From: Oceanispirochaeta sp.
Lineage (GTDB): Bacteria > Spirochaetota > Spirochaetia > DSM-2461
Reading direction: 5' to 3'
Assembly: GCA_963663385.2 (NCBI GenBank)
Contig: CAXXXD010000002.1
Span: 480,001 to 544,000, forward strand
DNA length: 64,000 nt
The notes beneath the pieces were generated by a model that made no database searches, had not been told where the DNA came from, and worked only from the letters and a program-made list of their open reading frames with translations. Position 1 is the first letter of the stretch; the number at the start of each line of letters is the position of its first letter. Below are positions 42,099-51,268 of this stretch, piece by piece. The position numbers and the translations under genes are program-made.

Positions 42099-43231
42099 GC
42101 CCTGTCATGGCTCCGCGGGAGAGAGTCCTCGCGGCGCTCGATCACCGCCAGCCGGACAGGGTCCCTCTCTACTTTGGGGGAACCTCAACCTTTATGACGG
42201 ATACCGCTTACTTCAGGGCTCTGAAAGAGTGGGATCTGGGTGAGCCTGTAGAACCCTATCGCTGTGGTCATACGGGTAACTATGTAGACAACCGTATCCT
42301 GGAATTCCTGGGAGTGGATGTCCGTGTGCTGCAGATGAAGATCGGTCTGGAAGTTCGAAGGCTGTCAGACCGTACGGTTAGAAGCGATTGGGGGATTCCC
42401 CTGAAAATGGTAGACGGGTACGGATCCCGTATTAATCCGCCCTTTGAATCTCTGAATCCGGAATGCCGGCCGGATGAGGCCCTGGAGGCGTTGTGTCGCC
42501 ATCCCTGGCCCGACGGGGGGGATCCGCGCAGGGTAAGGGGACTGAGAACGGCAGCTTTACAGTTTCTGGATCAGGGCTATGCCCTTGTGGGCCGGTCTCC
42601 CCAATCCGCCTCCTTTCTGGAGTATGGCTGCTGGCTGCGGGGGGATGCCAATTTCTATATGGATCTTATGCTGAACAGGGAATTTGTTCATGCCTTGTTT
42701 GACAGGATCTATGATGTTCAGAAAAAATTCTATGAATCCCTTTTGTCAGAATGCGGGGATCTCCTGGATATTGTGGAAACCTCGGAGGACTACGGTACTC
42801 AGAGCAGCCTTCTGATTTCTCCGGATACTTTCCGGGAGTTTATTAAACCCCGTCGGGAGAGGCTGAACAGCTTTATCCGGAGCAAAAGCCCGGAAATAAA
42901 GATACTCCACCATAGCTGTGGAGCCATTGAGACAATTATCCCGGACCTCCTGGATACGGGAATCGACATTCTCAATCCGGTCCAGCCCGGGGCGGGAGGG
43001 ATGGATCCCTCCGCTATTACCGAAAAATACGGGAAACGATGTTGTTTCTGCGGTGGTATCGATATGCTGCAGGCCGTATCGGGAACCAGACAGGAAGTTG
43101 AGGCTGAAGCCGCCCTGCGTATAGATCAATTCCGGGGGAGGGACGGAGGTTACCTTCTAGGCACCTCCAACCACATCCAGTCTGATACGCCTCTGGAAAA
43201 TCTGATCTGTCTGTATAAAGCAGGAAGATAA
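42095..43231 (+). CDS. Second UroD/MtaA family protein
   Basis: PRERVLAALDHRQPDRVP, EDYGTQ, LHHSCG, ILNPVQ, NHIQSDTPLEN. Confidence 0.88.
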   Translation: MSPVMAPRERVLAALDHRQPDRVPLYFGGTSTFMTDTAYFRALKEWDLGEPVEPYRCGHTGNYVDNRILEFLGVDVRVLQMKIGLEVRRLSDRTVRSDWGIPLKMVDGYGSRINPPFESLNPECRPDEALEALCRHPWPDGGDPRRVRGLRTAALQFLDQGYALVGRSPQSASFLEYGCWLRGDANFYMDLMLNREFVHALFDRIYDVQKKFYESLLSECGDLLDIVETSEDYGTQSSLLISPDTFREFIKPRRERLNSFIRSKSPEIKILHHSCGAIETIIPDLLDTGIDILNPVQPGAGGMDPSAITEKYGKRCCFCGGIDMLQAVSGTRQEVEAEAALRIDQFRGRDGGYLLGTSNHIQSDTPLENLICLYKAGR

Positions 43232-43360
43232 TCGAATCTCTTTTCACCCCCTCCTCCGGAGGGGAGGCTTTGTTTAAGGCTTTGCTGTATTTACGGTTCT
43301 GTTGATGAGTAGTCTAATCCATTCAGAGTCAGAGTTGTCCCGTCAGCGGAGAGAGAATAA
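43158..43360 (+). repeat. Intact copy of the ~205-bp direct repeat (see 34004-34208)
   Basis: Direct comparison. Confidence 0.9.
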
Positions 43361-43752
43361 GTAACCGTAGTGGCTTCAAAATCATCAGCCGCTTCTTCTG
43401 CGGCTTCTTCTGCTGTGTAATCATCATCTGTTTCCAGATAAACAGCCCATTCTTCTTCACTGCCGTACCATTTATTTCCGTCACTCATGGCTGTAGGTGT
43501 CATAAGAAACTGGGTATCCGAAAGTTTCTCAATATCCCCTTTTTCTGAGGGATAGTATCCATATCCGGGAATCCCCGCATCATATTGATAGTCTGTGTCT
43601 GTCATATCCAGTCTTGAAGTTACTATGAAAGAGAAGTACCAGGTACCCGCATAATCTTCATTCATGGAAGCACTTTCGCTTTCACTTCCGGAGCAGGACA
43701 TAAAAAACAGGACTGTAATAACAAGTAAAGTGACAGATAGAATTTTTTTCAT
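43291..43752 (-). CDS. Hypothetical acidic lipoprotein
   Basis: MKK + hydrophobic stretch + FMSC lipobox. Confidence 0.75.
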   Translation of the reverse strand: MKKILSVTLLVITVLFFMSCSGSESESASMNEDYAGTWYFSFIVTSRLDMTDTDYQYDAGIPGYGYYPSEKGDIEKLSDTQFLMTPTAMSDGNKWYGSEEEWAVYLETDDDYTAEEAAEEAADDFEATTVTYSLSADGTTLTLNGLDYSSTEP

Positions 43753-43954
43753 ATTTTCTCCAAATTATTTTTTGACTCTATTAAGTAAGTCTTAGGATAT
43801 ATGAATTATAGGGTGTGCTTCGATGGAAAAACAGCAGTTTTTCATAAAAAACAATGAATAACGGGATCTTCTTTTTTCATAAAGGAGAGCCGGAGGTCTT
43901 CAGGAGGGACAGTCGGATTGGCACTTGGCAGAGTTGCGTACTATAATTTTATAT

Positions 43955-44476
43955 ATGAGAGAAGTTCGCCTGAATGAGGATCTGAATAAACAGATCAAAA
44001 AGATCATGCCTTTCCGCTTTATGGATTCCGCACCGTCGGACTTTCTGGTGGAGCGGTCGGAAATTCTTCAGTTTGAAGAGGGTGAGACTATTATCCGTCA
44101 GGGAGAGGTGAATCAATCTTTTTATTCCATTATCGAGGGGAATATCAGTGTGACTGTTGCCAATGACGACGGCAGCGAGAGCTTTATAAGTACCATCGGT
44201 GCCGGCGAGGTATTTGGCGAAGCCGGCATTTTCCTGAAAGTCCCCCGCACAGCCAATATTGTCTGCAGCAGCGCTACCCGGGTAGTGATGATACCCAGGA
44301 AGAGCATTTTAAAGCTGATCCGGGAATTCCCCGAAAACGGAAATAAATTCCTTATGATGATTATCTTCAGTCTGCTTCGTAAATTGAAAGGTTCCAATCA
44401 GGAACTGGCGTATGAGCGGAAGGATGATGCCAATCAGGACGATATTGATACACTGGTTCAGGATCTGCTTGGTTAA
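43955..44476 (+). CDS. Cyclic-nucleotide-binding domain protein
   Basis: IIRQGE, GEVFGE...PRTANI. Confidence 0.9.
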   Translation: MREVRLNEDLNKQIKKIMPFRFMDSAPSDFLVERSEILQFEEGETIIRQGEVNQSFYSIIEGNISVTVANDDGSESFISTIGAGEVFGEAGIFLKVPRTANIVCSSATRVVMIPRKSILKLIREFPENGNKFLMMIIFSLLRKLKGSNQELAYERKDDANQDDIDTLVQDLLG

Positions 44477-44596
44477 AATCTCCGCCGGGCAGGATAAATC
44501 AACTGGACCGACGGAGATAGTACCGGGAATCGTAAACCGGAGAAATATATTGTCCTCCGGATTTTCCGAATTGGCAAGGGGATTTCTATCAATTTT

Positions 44597-45763
44597 TCAC
44601 GGAATCATCAAGCCTTTGAGATAATCTTCGTCTCCCATTTTTTTCAGAGTATCCAGTAGTCCGTTCAGGTCTGTTTTATGGGTATACATCCTATGAAACG
44701 GGATTGTTTCATGCCGTTTCAGGATTTGAAAAGCCTTATCGAAAGCACCCGGGTGATTAGCGCTCATTCCCAGGATTCTGGCGTGTTTGCTGCAGATCAG
44801 CCTGGCCGGGTCAAAGGATATCTCCCTACCCTGATTAACCATATTTCCCACTTCCACATAGGTTCCCAGGCGGCGCATCATCTCAAGGCCGTCGACAAAG
44901 GTATTTATATTATTGGAGCACTGAAGAACAACATCCGCCCCGCCGTCGGTCAGATCCCTGACCATCTCGATCCGTTCCTGCCGGCTGTACTGATGGTAAT
45001 CAATCAAATGGTCCGCTCCCGCAATTTCTCTGGTCAGATCAAGGCGTTTCTGACGGCTCCCGATCATTATAACCTGCTGAGCTCCCATCAGACGGCAGAC
45101 CAGAGCGGAAAGGACCCCGACCTGTCCCGATCCGATAATTACAACCCGGGAACTTGTGGTCAACCCGGCTTCCATTACTCCCGGGCTTGTCTGGGCCAGC
45201 TCCACAGCCCGGACTGCTACAGCCAGGGGATCCAAAAGGGCTGCGATTTCAGAAGGCATATTTTCAGGGATCTTCCAGACATATGTTTCCGGGAAGACAT
45301 AGGTATATTCGGCAAATCCGCCCATGAAATGGGGCCAGCGGCTGATATCGGAACTGATGGTTTCCTCCCCCTCCAGACCCAGTTTGGAGTAGGGAACGCC
45401 GTATACAAAGGAGTCATCGCAGGTTGTGCAGGTTCCGGGACGGTGACTAAGGCAGCCCTGACACTTTCCGCAGGTTATCCAGGGGTAGAGTACAATCCTG
45501 TCTCCCTCCTTCAGGGGGCCCCCGTAAATATTGAGGCTTCTGTTTGCCAGTTTTCCCATCTCAGTTATGGTTCCTGCAATTTCGTGACTCATAATGGCCG
45601 GGTAGGGAGGGATATCCTGTATCAGATGACCGTCTGTTCCGCAGATTCCCGCAGCATCCACCTGAAGAAGCATACCATCCTCTCTGACTTCCGGAAGGGG
45701 GAGGTCACGGATTTCTATATTATATTTATCGAGCCATACGGCTGCTCTGCCGGTCTTTGCCAT
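44597..45763 (-). CDS. Zinc-binding (MDR) dehydrogenase
   Basis: GICGTD.H, HE, CGKCQGC...C, GSGQVG. Confidence 0.9.
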   Translation of the reverse strand: MAKTGRAAVWLDKYNIEIRDLPLPEVREDGMLLQVDAAGICGTDGHLIQDIPPYPAIMSHEIAGTITEMGKLANRSLNIYGGPLKEGDRIVLYPWITCGKCQGCLSHRPGTCTTCDDSFVYGVPYSKLGLEGEETISSDISRWPHFMGGFAEYTYVFPETYVWKIPENMPSEIAALLDPLAVAVRAVELAQTSPGVMEAGLTTSSRVVIIGSGQVGVLSALVCRLMGAQQVIMIGSRQKRLDLTREIAGADHLIDYHQYSRQERIEMVRDLTDGGADVVLQCSNNINTFVDGLEMMRRLGTYVEVGNMVNQGREISFDPARLICSKHARILGMSANHPGAFDKAFQILKRHETIPFHRMYTHKTDLNGLLDTLKKMGDEDYLKGLMIP

Positions 45764-45794
45764 TTTATTACCCTCTTTCTGTTTCAAATCTTAA

Positions 45795-45942
45795 GTGTAT
45801 TAAAACACCTGTCAGTTGGCTTGTCAATTTTTTCCTTCGGGGAATATATAAATAATGTAATCGATTGCATTTTATCGGAATGTAGATGAAAATAGAGAAA
45901 GTGGAAAAAACTTGACAAATTTGTTTTAGTGTATTAGAACAC
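45795..45942. promoter_or_regulatory. Divergent promoters, each with a GntR-type operator copy (GTGTATTAAAACAC 45795-45808; GTGTATTAGAACAC 45929-45942)
   Basis: TTGACA on the minus strand at 45822-45827 and on the plus strand at 45912-45917; the operators match those at 27371 and 28607. Confidence 0.7.
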
Positions 45943-45974
45943 TAAGATATACTTTATAAATTAAGGAGCTTAAT

Positions 45975-46409
45975 ATGCTGAATGGAATACCAAAGATTCT
46001 GTCCCCCGAACTGGTAAAAATCCTGATGGAGATGGGCCACGCCGATGAAATTGTTATTTCCGATGGGAATTTCCCTGCTGTTACATGCGGCCAGAGAGTT
46101 ATCCGGGCCGATGGTCACGGCGTTCCTGAACTGCTGGATGCTATCCTGACCCTCTTCCCCCTGGATACCTACGGAGACGAGGTTCCGGTTTCCTTAATGG
46201 AAGTAACTCCCGGTGATCCCGTGGAGACTCCCATCTGGGATGAGTACAGAGAGGTCATTAAAAAACATAACCCCGGGTTCAGGGATTTCAACTTTATCGA
46301 ACGCTTTGAGTTCTATGAAAGAGCCAAGAAGACTTTTGCCATAGTTGCTACCGGAGAAGCGGCGCTTTATGCAAATATTTTACTCCGCAAGGGAGTTGTG
46401 GTAGACTAA
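45975..46409 (+). CDS. fucU: RbsD/FucU family sugar mutarotase
   Basis: MGHADEIVISDGNFP, ERFEFYERAK, TGE.ALYAN..L.KGVV. Confidence 0.88.
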   Translation: MLNGIPKILSPELVKILMEMGHADEIVISDGNFPAVTCGQRVIRADGHGVPELLDAILTLFPLDTYGDEVPVSLMEVTPGDPVETPIWDEYREVIKKHNPGFRDFNFIERFEFYERAKKTFAIVATGEAALYANILLRKGVVVD

Positions 46410-46437
46410 ACCTTAAAAATAATCGATAGGTGGTCTT

Positions 46438-47484
46438 ATGAGCAGTCAGGGCAGCAGCAAACTTCCGAAAATCCTGATTCTTGATACGGGAGGTACCATC
46501 AGTCAGAAACCGGGACGGGACGGAACGCTGGTTCCCTGTACAACCGACTATATCGAGATGGTTCCCCGGCTGCATGATATTGCCCGGATAGAACTGGAGC
46601 GCCTGGAGCGGATGGACAGTACGGATATGTCCACCGCACTCAGGGGCCGCATCGCTTCCCGAATCGCCGGTGAATACGGTAATTATGATGGTTTTGTTGT
46701 CCTTCACGGAACGGATACCATGGCCGATACGGCGGCGGCTCTTACCTATATGCTTAAAGGACTGGGGAAGCCGGTTGTATTAACCGGAGCCCAGCTCCCC
46801 ATATTTGCTCCCGGCCCGGACGGGATGAATAACCTGTTCTACTCGGTTAAAGCGGCCGGCATGGATCTGGGAGAAGTGGTTATCTGCTTCGGCGACCGGA
46901 TCCTCCGGGGCTGTCGATCCTCCAAGGAAAACGTCAACGGTTTCAATGCCTTCGGTTCCCATCGTATACCGCCCCTGGGCGAACTGGGGGTGACTGTTCG
47001 TTTGCTGAATCATCGCATTCCCCGCAGCACATCCACTCCGAAGCTGTTTACAGACTTTGATTCGGGGGTCTGTTATCTTCCCATGTCCTCCGGTTCAACC
47101 CTAAACATGCTGGAGTCCCTGGCCCAATGGAAAGACCTGAAGGGTCTGGTTGTGGGCGGATTCGGTACGGGAAATATACCTTCCATACAAATGGCCGGAT
47201 TGGAGAAAATCTTGAACCGGAGCATCCCTGTGGCGGTTGTGACAACCTGTCTTCAGGGGGATACCATCCTGGATCAGTACGAAGTAGGGCAGGTGGTTAA
47301 AAAAGCCGGTGCAATGGAAGGCCTTGATCTTACCCCGGTGTGTGCCGTTCAGAAGCTGATGTATGCCATTGGCCTGGCCGATTCTGAAAATCAAACGGAT
47401 TCTGATCCGGATAAACGACGGCAGAGAATCCATGAAATCTTTCAAACACCTGTTGCACTGGATATGGCCCTATCCACGAACTAG
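46438..47484 (+). CDS. L-asparaginase (type I)
   Basis: TGGTIS, MDSTDM, HGTDTMA, LTGAQLP. Confidence 0.9.
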   Translation: MSSQGSSKLPKILILDTGGTISQKPGRDGTLVPCTTDYIEMVPRLHDIARIELERLERMDSTDMSTALRGRIASRIAGEYGNYDGFVVLHGTDTMADTAAALTYMLKGLGKPVVLTGAQLPIFAPGPDGMNNLFYSVKAAGMDLGEVVICFGDRILRGCRSSKENVNGFNAFGSHRIPPLGELGVTVRLLNHRIPRSTSTPKLFTDFDSGVCYLPMSSGSTLNMLESLAQWKDLKGLVVGGFGTGNIPSIQMAGLEKILNRSIPVAVVTTCLQGDTILDQYEVGQVVKKAGAMEGLDLTPVCAVQKLMYAIGLADSENQTDSDPDKRRQRIHEIFQTPVALDMALSTN

Positions 47485-47883
47485 GGATTGTTCCTCGGCT
47501 ACTTCCACTCCGCTCAGCACGGCGTCCGCTCGGAAAGCTGTTTGGGGTGTTGCGGGATTAACAGATAGGCTCCGTTTCTCGGCTCCGCTCGACAGGCTAA
47601 ATCCCTTATATGACCTCTCTGATCTTAGCCCCTCTCAATCCGGACCCCTCTCAGTCGGACCCCTCTCAGTCTCCCCTCAGGGGAGAAGTTGTATAGTTTC
47701 CCCCCCCCTTAAACGGAAGACTCAATACATTTTTCCCCTCCTGGACCATCCATTTATCACTATTAGGGAAAGTAACAATATATTTTCCCCCTCCCTGAGG
47801 AGGGGGCCAGGGGGAGGTCCTGAATTGGTCTGATTTTCCCATATATTTGAATCAGAACAGAGCGATTTCCTGTAGATAGTAAT

Positions 47884-48276
47884 ATGGATGATACACAAGT
47901 AAAACCGAATTATATAACTGCAAAATGCTCAATGTATAAAAAGTTAAGAGAGCTTCAGACACTGCAAAGAAAAAAACCAACCAGAGCTGAACGTGTAATG
48001 TGGGAACATCTACGGAATAAGAAATGTGGTTTTAAAATCAGAAGGCAACATATTATTGATCGATATATAGTCGATTTTGTTTGTCTTAGTGTACAGTTAA
48101 TTATTGAAATTGATGGAGAAATCCACAGAAATCAGAAAGAGCAGGATTTGCAGCGTACTGAGAGACTCATTGAACTCGGATATGAAGTTATGCGTTTCTC
48201 AAATAAAGATGTATCTAAGGATCCAAATGCTATCTTTGTAAAAATTAAAGAGAGGCTGGAGGACATGAATCAATAG
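47884..48276 (+). CDS. DUF559 (Vsr-like) endonuclease domain protein, copy 1
   Basis: T.AE..MW..LR, RRQHII..YIVDF, IEIDG..H, D..R...L...GY.V.RF.N. Confidence 0.9.
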   Translation: MDDTQVKPNYITAKCSMYKKLRELQTLQRKKPTRAERVMWEHLRNKKCGFKIRRQHIIDRYIVDFVCLSVQLIIEIDGEIHRNQKEQDLQRTERLIELGYEVMRFSNKDVSKDPNAIFVKIKERLEDMNQ

Positions 48277-48533
48277 AAAACCCCACTTAGTCGGACCCCT
48301 CTCAGTCCGGACCCCTCTCAGTCTCCCCTCAGGGGAGAAGTAGTATCGTTTTCCCCCCTTAAACGGAAGACTCAATACATTTTTCCCCTCCTGGACCATC
48401 CATTTATCACTATTAGGGAAAGTAACAATACATTTTCCCCCTCCCCGAGGAGGGGGCCAGGGGGAGGTCCTGAATTGGTCTGATTTTCCCATATATTTTA
48501 ATCAGAACAGAGCGATTTCCTGTAGATAGTAAT

Positions 48534-48926
48534 ATGGATGATACACAAGTAAAACCGAATTATATAACTGCAAAATGCTCAATGTATAAAAAGTTAAGAG
48601 AGCTTCAGACACTGCAAAGAAAAAACCCAACCAGAGCTGAACGTGTAATGTGGGAACATCTACGGAATAAGAAATGTGGTTTTAAAATCAGAAGGCAACA
48701 TATTATTGATCGATATATAGTCGATTTTGTTTGTCTTAGTGTACAGTTAATTATTGAAATTGATGGAGAAATCCACAGAAATCAGAAAGAGCAGGATTTG
48801 CAGCGTACTGAGAGACTCATTGAACTCGGATATGAAGTTATACGTTTCTCAAATAAAGATGTATCTAAGGATCCAAATGCTATCTTTGTAAAAATTAAAG
48901 AGAGGCTGGAGGACATGAATCAATAG
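48534..48926 (+). CDS. DUF559 endonuclease domain protein, copy 2
   Basis: As copy 1 with K>N and M>I changes. Confidence 0.9.
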   Translation: MDDTQVKPNYITAKCSMYKKLRELQTLQRKNPTRAERVMWEHLRNKKCGFKIRRQHIIDRYIVDFVCLSVQLIIEIDGEIHRNQKEQDLQRTERLIELGYEVIRFSNKDVSKDPNAIFVKIKERLEDMNQ

Positions 48927-49168
48927 AAAACCCCTCTCAATCCGGACCCCTCTCAGTCTCCCCTCAGGGGAGAAGTAGTATAGTTTTCCCCCCTTAAACG
49001 GAAGACTCAATACATTTTTCCCCTCCTGGACCATCCATTTATCACTATTAGGGAAAGTAACAATACATTTTCCCCCTCCCCGAGGAGGGGGCCAGGGGGA
49101 GGTCCTGAATTGGTCTGATTTTCCCATATATTTTAATCAGAACAGAGCGATTTCCTGTAGATAGTAAT

Positions 49169-49561
49169 ATGGATGATACACAAGTAAAACCGAATTATAT
49201 AACTGCAAAATGCTCAATGTATAAAAAGTTAAGAGAGCTTCAGACACTGCAAAGAAAAAAACCAACCAGAGCTGAACGTGTAATGTGGGAACATCTACGG
49301 AATAAGAAATGTGGTTTTAAAATCAGAAGGCAACATATTATTGATCGATATATAGTCGATTTTGTTTGTCTTAGTGTACAGTTAATTATTGAAATTGATG
49401 GAGAAATCCACAGAAATCAGAAAGAGCAGGATTTGCAGCGTACTGAGAGACTCATTGAACTCGGATATGAAGTTATACGTTTCTCAAATAAAGATGTATC
49501 TAAGGATCCAAATGCTATCTTTGTAAAAATTAAAGAGAGGCTGGAGGACATGAATCAATAG
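49169..49561 (+). CDS. DUF559 endonuclease domain protein, copy 3
   Basis: As copy 1 with the M>I change only. Confidence 0.9.
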   Translation: MDDTQVKPNYITAKCSMYKKLRELQTLQRKKPTRAERVMWEHLRNKKCGFKIRRQHIIDRYIVDFVCLSVQLIIEIDGEIHRNQKEQDLQRTERLIELGYEVIRFSNKDVSKDPNAIFVKIKERLEDMNQ

Positions 49562-49897
49562 AAAACCCCACTTAGTCGGACCCCTCTCAGTCCGGACCCC
49601 TCTCAGTCTCCCCTCAGGGGAGAAGTAGTATCGTTTTCCCCCCTTAAACGGAAGACTCAATACATTTTTCCCCTCCTGGACCATCCATTTATTACTATTA
49701 GGGAAAGTAACAATACATTTTCCCCCTCCCTGAGGAGGGGGCCAGGGGGAGGTCCGGGAAACATGTCTGACCATAAGAGATAAACTCTGTCGAATTGCCA
49801 TCCTGCATGATATAATTAATACAATGCCTGGAGAATGTGCCATAAGCTGTAAAATCCGGTTTATGAGATTGTCCACATGGAAAATTCAGGAGGCTTC

Positions 49898-51268
49898 ATG
49901 AGTTCTATATTAATTAAAAACTGTGATACCCTTTTTCAGGGTGCGGATAAACCTGTCCTTAAAAACTGCGATCTGTTTGTTGAGAATAATATTATCTGTG
50001 AAATCGGTGTGGATCTGAAAGTTAAGGCCGACAGGGTCATTCCGGGAGAAAAGCGGGTTGTCCTTCCCGGTTTTGTGAATACCCATCACCATTTTTATCA
50101 GACCTTTACCAGAAACCTGCCTGCCGTGCAGAATGCGGAGCTCTTTGAATGGCTGGTCTACCTCTATGATATCTGGAAGCATATAGATATCGACAGCGTC
50201 TATCATTCGTCCATGCTGGCCATGGGGGAACTGCTGAAAACCGGCTGTACCTGTGCGACCGACCACCATTACCTCTATCCCCGGGATATAGACGGGGATA
50301 TCATGGCAGCCCAGTTCGCCGCTTCGGATAAGCTGGGGATGCGCTTTTCTCCCACCAGGGGATCCATGTCCCTGAGCAGGAAAGACGGGGGGCTGCCTCC
50401 GGACTCTGTTGTACAGACGGAAGAGGAAATCCTGAAAGATTCCGAGCGGGTCATAAAGGCCTATCACGACAATTCGGACTTCTCCATGAAGAAAATTGTG
50501 CTGGCTCCCTGCAGCCCCTTCTCCGTAACGGAGAAGCTGATGAAAGAATCTGCCGCTCTGGCCCGGGAATACGGTGTCCGTCTCCATACCCATCTGGCCG
50601 AAACCCGGGATGAGAACGATTTCTGTAAAAAGATGTATGGCCGGCGCCCCCTAAAGGTGATGGAGGACTGCGACTTTCTGGGCGAGGATGTTTTCTTTGC
50701 CCATGGTATACACTTCAATGATGAAGAGCTGGATATTCTTGCTGAAACGAAGACGCATATCGCCCACTGCCCCACATCCAACATGCGCCTGGGTTCCGGG
50801 ATCTGCCGGGTAACCGAGATGATCCCCAAAGGCATCAATGTCGGTCTGGCCGTGGACGGGTCCGCCTCCAACGATTCTTCGGATATGCTGGGGGAAGTCC
50901 GCAATGCCCTGATGCTGCAGCGGGTACATTATGGGGCTGCCGCGGTAACAACCGCGGATGTTTTAAAACTGGCAACCGAAAACGGCGCCCGCCTCTTGGG
51001 GTACAAGAAGGTAGGCCGTCTGGAGGAGGGCATGGCTGCCGACCTGGCAGTTTTCAATATGGACAAACTTGAGTATGCCGGAGCGTTGAGCGATCCTGTA
51101 GCGGCGCTGATATTTTCCGGTTACAATCATGAAGCTGAATATACAATTGTAAACGGAAGGATTGCCGTGGAAAAGGGCAAACTGACCGGTATGGATGAGG
51201 ACGAACTGAAAGAGGCCTGTATGACCCTTTCGAAATCCCTATGGAAAAAAGGAGGAGTGCAAATATGA
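49898..51268 (+). CDS. Amidohydrolase, 8-oxoguanine deaminase-like
   Basis: PGFVNTHHHFYQT, APCSPFSV, HTHLAET, HCPTSNMRLGSG, VDGSASND. Confidence 0.88.
   Translation: MSSILIKNCDTLFQGADKPVLKNCDLFVENNIICEIGVDLKVKADRVIPGEKRVVLPGFVNTHHHFYQTFTRNLPAVQNAELFEWLVYLYDIWKHIDIDSVYHSSMLAMGELLKTGCTCATDHHYLYPRDIDGDIMAAQFAASDKLGMRFSPTRGSMSLSRKDGGLPPDSVVQTEEEILKDSERVIKAYHDNSDFSMKKIVLAPCSPFSVTEKLMKESAALAREYGVRLHTHLAETRDENDFCKKMYGRRPLKVMEDCDFLGEDVFFAHGIHFNDEELDILAETKTHIAHCPTSNMRLGSGICRVTEMIPKGINVGLAVDGSASNDSSDMLGEVRNALMLQRVHYGAAAVTTADVLKLATENGARLLGYKKVGRLEEGMAADLAVFNMDKLEYAGALSDPVAALIFSGYNHEAEYTIVNGRIAVEKGKLTGMDEDELKEACMTLSKSLWKKGGVQI

Larger units (their letters stand above)
47629..49755. repeat. Tandem array: four REP-rich repeats (47629-47820, 48281-48470, 48931-49105, 49566-49755) alternating with three DUF559 genes; periods 650/635/650 bp
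   Basis: Direct comparison of near-identical units. Confidence 0.95.

Noticed and set aside
47629..49755. Tandem repeats as a CRISPR array
   Set aside because: Repeats are ~190 bp, the intervening parts are near-identical protein genes rather than unique spacers, and no cas genes are present
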